A stretch of DNA of 64,000 nt, taken from NCBI GenBank assembly GCA_051362555.1, contig CM120649.1, forward strand, positions 2,542,001 through 2,606,000, read 5' to 3'. The position numbers were made by a program, and so were the translations under genes. Below the pieces are notes generated by a model that searched no databases, had not been told where the DNA came from, and saw nothing but the letters and a program-made list of their open reading frames with translations. Within the stretch, counting starts at the first letter, position 1, and each line of letters begins with the position of its first letter. The DNA comes from Lingula anatina (lineage: Eukaryota; Animalia; Brachiopoda). This document shows, in pieces, positions 58,506 to 64,000 of the stretch.

Positions 58506-59356
58506 CTATATTCCCATAATATTTGTTTGGCGTGCTGACCATATGCTGATAACAGTTACACAGTGGTGTGTATATACATAATTAAATTGAAGTATGCCGC
58601 GGTCTCTGCCCGTAATCGTCTCTCTGTGTGACGTTGTTTTCATGTATCATTGGTCACCCGTCCAGCCGATGCCAGGTACACACTAAAATCGCGGTATTCA
58701 ATAGCTCAGCACTTGGGCCATATACGTGTATATTCTATGGGCTTATTGGGGAAGAAGAAAGTCAAGAAATGGAGACTCTGTGAACATATTTTTAAATTTA
58801 CACACGAAAAAATAATTTTTTTTAAATGTCCACCTACATGAACTGTGTTCCATCTCAAGTATGACATCATTTTAATGTGCTACGTATATACCTAGCACTG
58901 TAGAGTGTCATAATTGAACCCATTCGTGTTACAAAAATTCATTAATCATATCACTTACAGGAGAGATCATTTTTATTTCACCTGCAAAGTGGTGTATTTT
59001 TGTCAGTACATGCTTATGTCTATAAGTCTCAATAAAACATTTTCCATTCATATTTATAAACATAAGCGTACAGAGCTGCCATTGGAAAATTTTAACATAC
59101 GTGACACGTTTGAGTCTTGTTGCACATACACATTGTATGCTGTGGTACTATTCAACGGGCACTGGCCAAAATCAGATGAAAACTTCGCCTACATTCTCTA
59201 TAAATAAAAGGACAAACAGACAATAACGTTATCAAATCTGGGTTGCGTGCCTAAATTGAAGCTGATAAATTAAGAATACACTGATGTGTGTGTGTGTGTG
59301 GGGGGGGGGGGGGGGAGAGGGGGAGGTGGGTAAGGGACTTACATCAACCACGCCAG

Positions 59357-59391
59357 TAAGATAAGATAAGATAAGATAAGATAAGATAAGA
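59357..59391. repeat. (TAAGA)n microsatellite
   Basis: About seven perfect units. Confidence 0.9.
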
Positions 59392-59490
59392 ATTTATTCA
59401 GCCAATTATAAAAATTGGAAATCGTTTTCCTTTGGAACAATGATTAATGCCGTTTTTTTTTTCTTTACAGATTGCGATCGTCTGCTCACA

Positions 59491-59763
59491 ATGGGGATAC
59501 GCGTGTACGTCAGCAACGTGACCTTCAGCAGGGACGTCAAGGCGCACCAGCAGAAGGTCGAGATGATCCTCAGCTCCAAGAAGATCGATGTCCAGTACAT
59601 CGACATCGGCGAAAGAGAAGAAGACAAGGAATTCATCAGAGAAAAAGCCGGGTCTATAATCACTCCTCAGTTTTTTAACGACGAGGAATATCTTGGTGAT
59701 TTCAAAAAGTTTGACGATGCGGTTGAGGAGGAACGTCTTATGGAGTTCCTAAAGCTGCAGTGA
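59491..59763 (+). CDS. SH3BGRL3: SH3 domain-binding glutamic acid-rich-like protein (SH3BGRL3-like), cytosolic ancestral-type copy E, 90 aa
   Basis: Acceptor TTTACAG at 59470, acaATGG start, MGIRVYVSNVTFSRDVKAHQQKVEMILSSKKI..YIDI...PQFFNDEEYLGDFKKFDDAVEEERLMEFLKL: SH3BGR signature, no CxxC. Confidence 0.9.
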   Translation: MGIRVYVSNVTFSRDVKAHQQKVEMILSSKKIDVQYIDIGEREEDKEFIREKAGSIITPQFFNDEEYLGDFKKFDDAVEEERLMEFLKLQ

Positions 59764-62700
59764 TTTATAATGTGGAGAAAAAAAGAAGTTTTAAGACACT
59801 GAAAAGGCGTCCATACACCTGAATGTATAATGTACTTTAACCGCCATTTTGAAGAAAACCTAACTAACTATTTAAAAAACAGTAATGTTCTAAACTGGAG
59901 CTGACATGATTGTATAAAATTTGTATACAGACAAACTAAATGCATCGTTTCTACGCAGTAGGTTGTCTTGAAAACATTGAACTGGTTATTCGTTTGCAAG
60001 AGATGTATTAATTTTTTCTTTTGCAATCTACGTTTAAATAATTATGCATCCGAAATTTGAGTGAAAGTATTATTTATAAGTGTATTATGACCCCTGTTTA
60101 CCAAATTTTACCAGTATTATTGGATCTAACATCTTTTTGACAAGAGGAATTATTAACAGAACAGAGTCGACTTGACGCCGCAACTCCAAGAGTTCAAAAA
60201 AGATTGATTACTGTCAAATATTTTGGTTTGAACAAGTGATATGGTGAAAAACTATGTATGGACTTATATTGACTTTTTAATGATAACACCCTTGTGAGGG
60301 CTTTCCAAATACGAGGTGTATAGAGCGCACGGCGGCATAATTTAATATCAACTAATAAGGCTCACGTCAACAAAATGTAGAACTTTTCAGATTATTAACA
60401 TCGCCGTTTGCTATAATAAATTTATAGGTTTTTATGAATCAATTTGACTTTAGTTTTCAAGTAAAGATAATTTGCAATTTCTACGTAGACCTCACTCGGG
60501 AGCACTCGGCCGATTTCGTTAGTAGATTTGATTGGATACGAATTCAACCGAGGTTTGCCGAAATGGGCAACTAGTGTTGGGCACTCAGCTACGTCTTGAT
60601 CGTTTACAGAATTTTTTGTTTGTTAATTTTCTGTAAATATTTAGGACAGCCTCCCCGAAACAATAAAATGGGAATATATCGGCCTCGGTGTAATACCACT
60701 GTGAGTGGAGTTTTAACCCGTATATCTGCCTGTTATACTTTTGTCTTACCGGTCTGTTGCTCATATGTTTGCGTGTTCTTTACATTTCAATACTAGCAAG
60801 TATAATTGGACATGAGTAAAAGTGTCTGCATGTTTTTAAAGTACACCAACCCCGTCTGCCACATAATGGACAGCAGAGAGAAATGAATAATTGGTTTCAA
60901 ATATTTTGTGCCAGCTGCTATTACTGTCATAAGCCTTGACTGTGACAGCTGTTAGCCGGGGGAGGGGGGGGGGCGTGGTTCGGGTCACGAGGTGCGACCT
61001 AGGCAGGCTCGTACCCGTGGCATTTTAGACTAGTCATACTGTCGTGTTTTACAGCGGGTTTTTAAAGCGAAATTTGGTTTTAACTTTTTTAATCACGATT
61101 AACTCCATTTAATCACGATGTGTCCATTGAATTCTGCTATAATATTGCTTTTAAAGATGTTGTTATAAAAGACGCGCAACATCTTCAGTTATATGCGCTA
61201 CTCTTGATTTATCTTGTGTCAAAGAAGACTAAAACTTAGATCTTATGTGCACCCATACCCGAACTAGTTTAGTACTGACACAATGCTTTCACGGCTCATC
61301 ACCCGGTCCCACCAATACTGCTTCTTCACGGTTCATCATCTGCTTGAAATCAGTTGTGATGGCCATTTTAGGATATCTTCTCCCCATCGCCACGGACAAG
61401 TAGGCGTGGGTGGGGTCCAGTACCTTCGCCCAAGGAGTTATAACTCCTTGCTTCGCCCGGAAACAACAATGGAAAGTCAACCTTTGTGCGGTCATAGTAA
61501 CAGGGAGGGGAATCAGACAATGGGGAAACATTAAACTTGATACATGAAACTACTTGCATTACATTACACACGCTAACGTTTTGATTACGTTCAATTTGGA
61601 TGCCAAAGTGATGGCTATTCATTATAGTGAGATGGAGAGCTTTAGGGTGAGGCTTTAAAAGCGTTGACCATTTGGAAGCTGAATTAAGTATATCTTAGTG
61701 TGAAAATGCGTGACGTTTTGCAAAGTACTATCAATATTGGGTTACTACCACAGATAAAGTGTTCAGTCTGATTTCAAGTATGCTCTCTGTGGAAATAAAT
61801 TTTATTTTTGATTCCAACGATGGAGTGAATGTATGCATCCGAAAACCTCCGGCCCTGACTTTGGTGAAAACTCTGAGTTTTAGGTGCAGTAAATATATCA
61901 TAGAATTCAGAATGTTTATAATGACACCAGACCGTTTATTCATTTTTTTTAAATTTATAATGCCTTTTTTCTTCTTTACTGTCTTGTCCCTGGCCAGAAA
62001 ATAAATACCAAAATGCATGTCTCAAACACTAATAAATCAACAAAAATGAATCCGTATGATATATGATGTTTATTTATAATTTCAACAGCGAGACACACCC
62101 TAAATTCCAATACTTTATCGTACATGGAGACAAATGAAGGTGGTCAGTCTCACGCTGGACACTCGGTGCGAGTCACTGACCTGTGTCCAGCGGACAGCAG
62201 TGACCACCAAAAGACAGAAAAATAAGGAGGAATACTTTGGCTCTACTCTCTGCCAGGGTGATATAGATATTATAGGCACATTTTCTACATTGAAAGAGAA
62301 CCAAATGACCGTCTTTTGATTTAAAGACATAACGGTATCTGTGAATATCTTGTGAAAAATCAATCTGTGGCCCTGGTAGAGGGTACCACAGACCCAAGTA
62401 TTAGAGTTGTCACTTTACCAGGTTTTACACTTACCGAGGTTTGCCACGGTGTATGACTCGATAATCCCAATATAATAATAATAATAATAGTAAATGATGA
62501 GTTTGATAATTGGGCTGTGATACTTATTACAATGTAACTATCACTTACGTGCATCCATCAAATTACGCGAGGACTCTCGCTGAATGCAGTCACTTCAACA
62601 GCTTAACACGCCTCCTCCCGGCTTTGAATGGAAATACAGAACAGGGAAAAGCTGATGATTATGGAAGTTCGTTGGAAAAAAAGAAAAGGCGTGTTAATCT

Positions 62701-63309
62701 GTCAATATGATTGCATTCAGCAAGAGTCCCCGTGGCGTTGCATCGATCTATATACATAGACAGATGGGAATAAGTTCTTACACGCTTAAATAACGTTGAT
62801 TATGAACAAATAATAGTCCCAGAAAGGACCAAACAGTCAGGATCCTTTGCTCATATGTTGACACCAAAAACGTCTCAATAAAGGCGAGATGTTTGGATAC
62901 ATGGTTTCGTTTATTACACTCTTGCAACTGATTATCTATAGGGGCAGACAACGAGGATTTATCTCAAAAGTGGTACCAGTAAAGGCTTGGTGAGCGTTTT
63001 ACAAAGGTTTGTCCTCTTTTGGTTCTTTGTTCTGTTATGTTGCTACTGCCCCCCCCCCCCCCACACACACACACACATGCACGCACAACCACACACACCA
63101 ACTAAGTATTTCGGGTGTAAGTAATCTAAAAATTTGATTTAACGATTTTTGGTCGCCTTTGCAACCCCTACCCAGTACCCAGTTATTAAAAATAATCTTA
63201 GGAAAACTATCAAAGAATCGTCTTGATTTTTTTCTTAATTTTCAAACTGGTCATCTCTCACGCGTGATTATTAATGAGCGCATTCAGAACAGTGAACTAA
63301 CAGATCCGC

Positions 63310-63546
63310 GGATCAAATATGGCCGACCCACTTGAATACTGGTTGCGTAATTCCCGCGGGGTATCTTTTCAGTGGCTAATCGGGAATAAAGGGAACCGGA
63401 GAAGATCAGCATTGGTCAGAATTGTGCCGGAAGTGACGTGCAGTGGTGTTAGAAACGAAGCTGAGTGGTCATTTTAACATAGAGGTGAACGGCAGTGAAG
63501 ACGGGTTGTCGGTGGAAAAAAAAGTTTTCTAAACAACATGGTAAGA
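63310..63546 (+). promoter_or_regulatory. Probable housekeeping-type promoter and first exon of the next gene (ATG immediately followed by a donor)
   Basis: YY1-like AATATGGCCG at ~63317, reverse CCAAT at 63411, ETS/CRE overlap CCGGAAGTGACGT at 63427-63439, and AACAACATG|GTAAGA at 63538-63546. Confidence 0.5.
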
Positions 63547-64000
63547 TAACTCTCTTTTTTTTCGCATTTTGGGCAGAGAAAACTTGTAGAAATAATAAAT
63601 GCATGATATGAAAACATGACACGGAACTTGAAGGTGCAAAATGGTGCTTAATTTGCGGTCAACTTGTTTAGAAATAAATGCTGCGTCGACCGCCAGCGCG
63701 ACAAAAAGCGTAAAGGGGAAATAATTCCCGGGAGTCTATAAATCGTTGTCATGTGGAAATTTGGCATTAATATAATCCGATATGTCCATATCTAAGTATT
63801 TTTGGGTGTTTTATGGTATGGGCTGCAATTACAACGATGTTTTTTTAGAGGTCTTGAAGGACCTTGTGAAAACCAGGAAGTAGTTCGTAACTAACAAGTG
63901 GAATGGACATGTACCGATCTCCGACTGCTGTGCACAGCTGTATCTTTTTTTCAATATATTGACGAATTTTTAGATCTTTATATGTCCATCTGGCATGAAA

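Noticed and set aside
59440-59490. ORF-track N-terminal extensions of SH3BGRL copies E (59440) and C (44050)
   Set aside because: They translate the polypyrimidine tract and acceptor (poly-Phe), i.e. intron sequence.
61283-62400. Short ORFs at 61.3-62.4 kb as exons of another gene
   Set aside because: No recognisable protein motif or consistent splice-site chain.

Overview
AT-rich animal DNA (mollusc-like invertebrate; inferred from gene families and repeat types) containing a tandem, repeatedly rearranged two-gene cluster. It holds three single-exon-CDS RING/B-box/B-box/coiled-coil/NHL (TRIM-NHL) genes (20837, 29269, 40237; a fourth probably lies just left of the window) interleaved with SH3BGR-like (glutaredoxin-fold) paralogs. 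The last SH3BGRL copy (59491) is a normal 90-aa cytosolic SH3BGRL3-like gene. The other copies have lost the original ATG. Two of them (1977/5234 and 53540/54008) splice in frame to an upstream exon encoding a predicted signal peptide, giving 120-aa putatively secreted SH3BGRL proteins; the rest are pseudogenes or chimeras. The TRIM paralogs differ mainly in the NHL propeller top-face loops. The region is dense in transposons: a young BEL/Pao element, a non-autonomous Gypsy-type LTR element, a Penelope fragment with hammerhead motifs, and Tc1, foldback, Harbinger-, Kolobok-, hAT- and Helentron-type elements. A probable promoter and first exon of the next gene lies at about 63.3-63.5 kb. All calls were made by eye; no searches or predictors were run.
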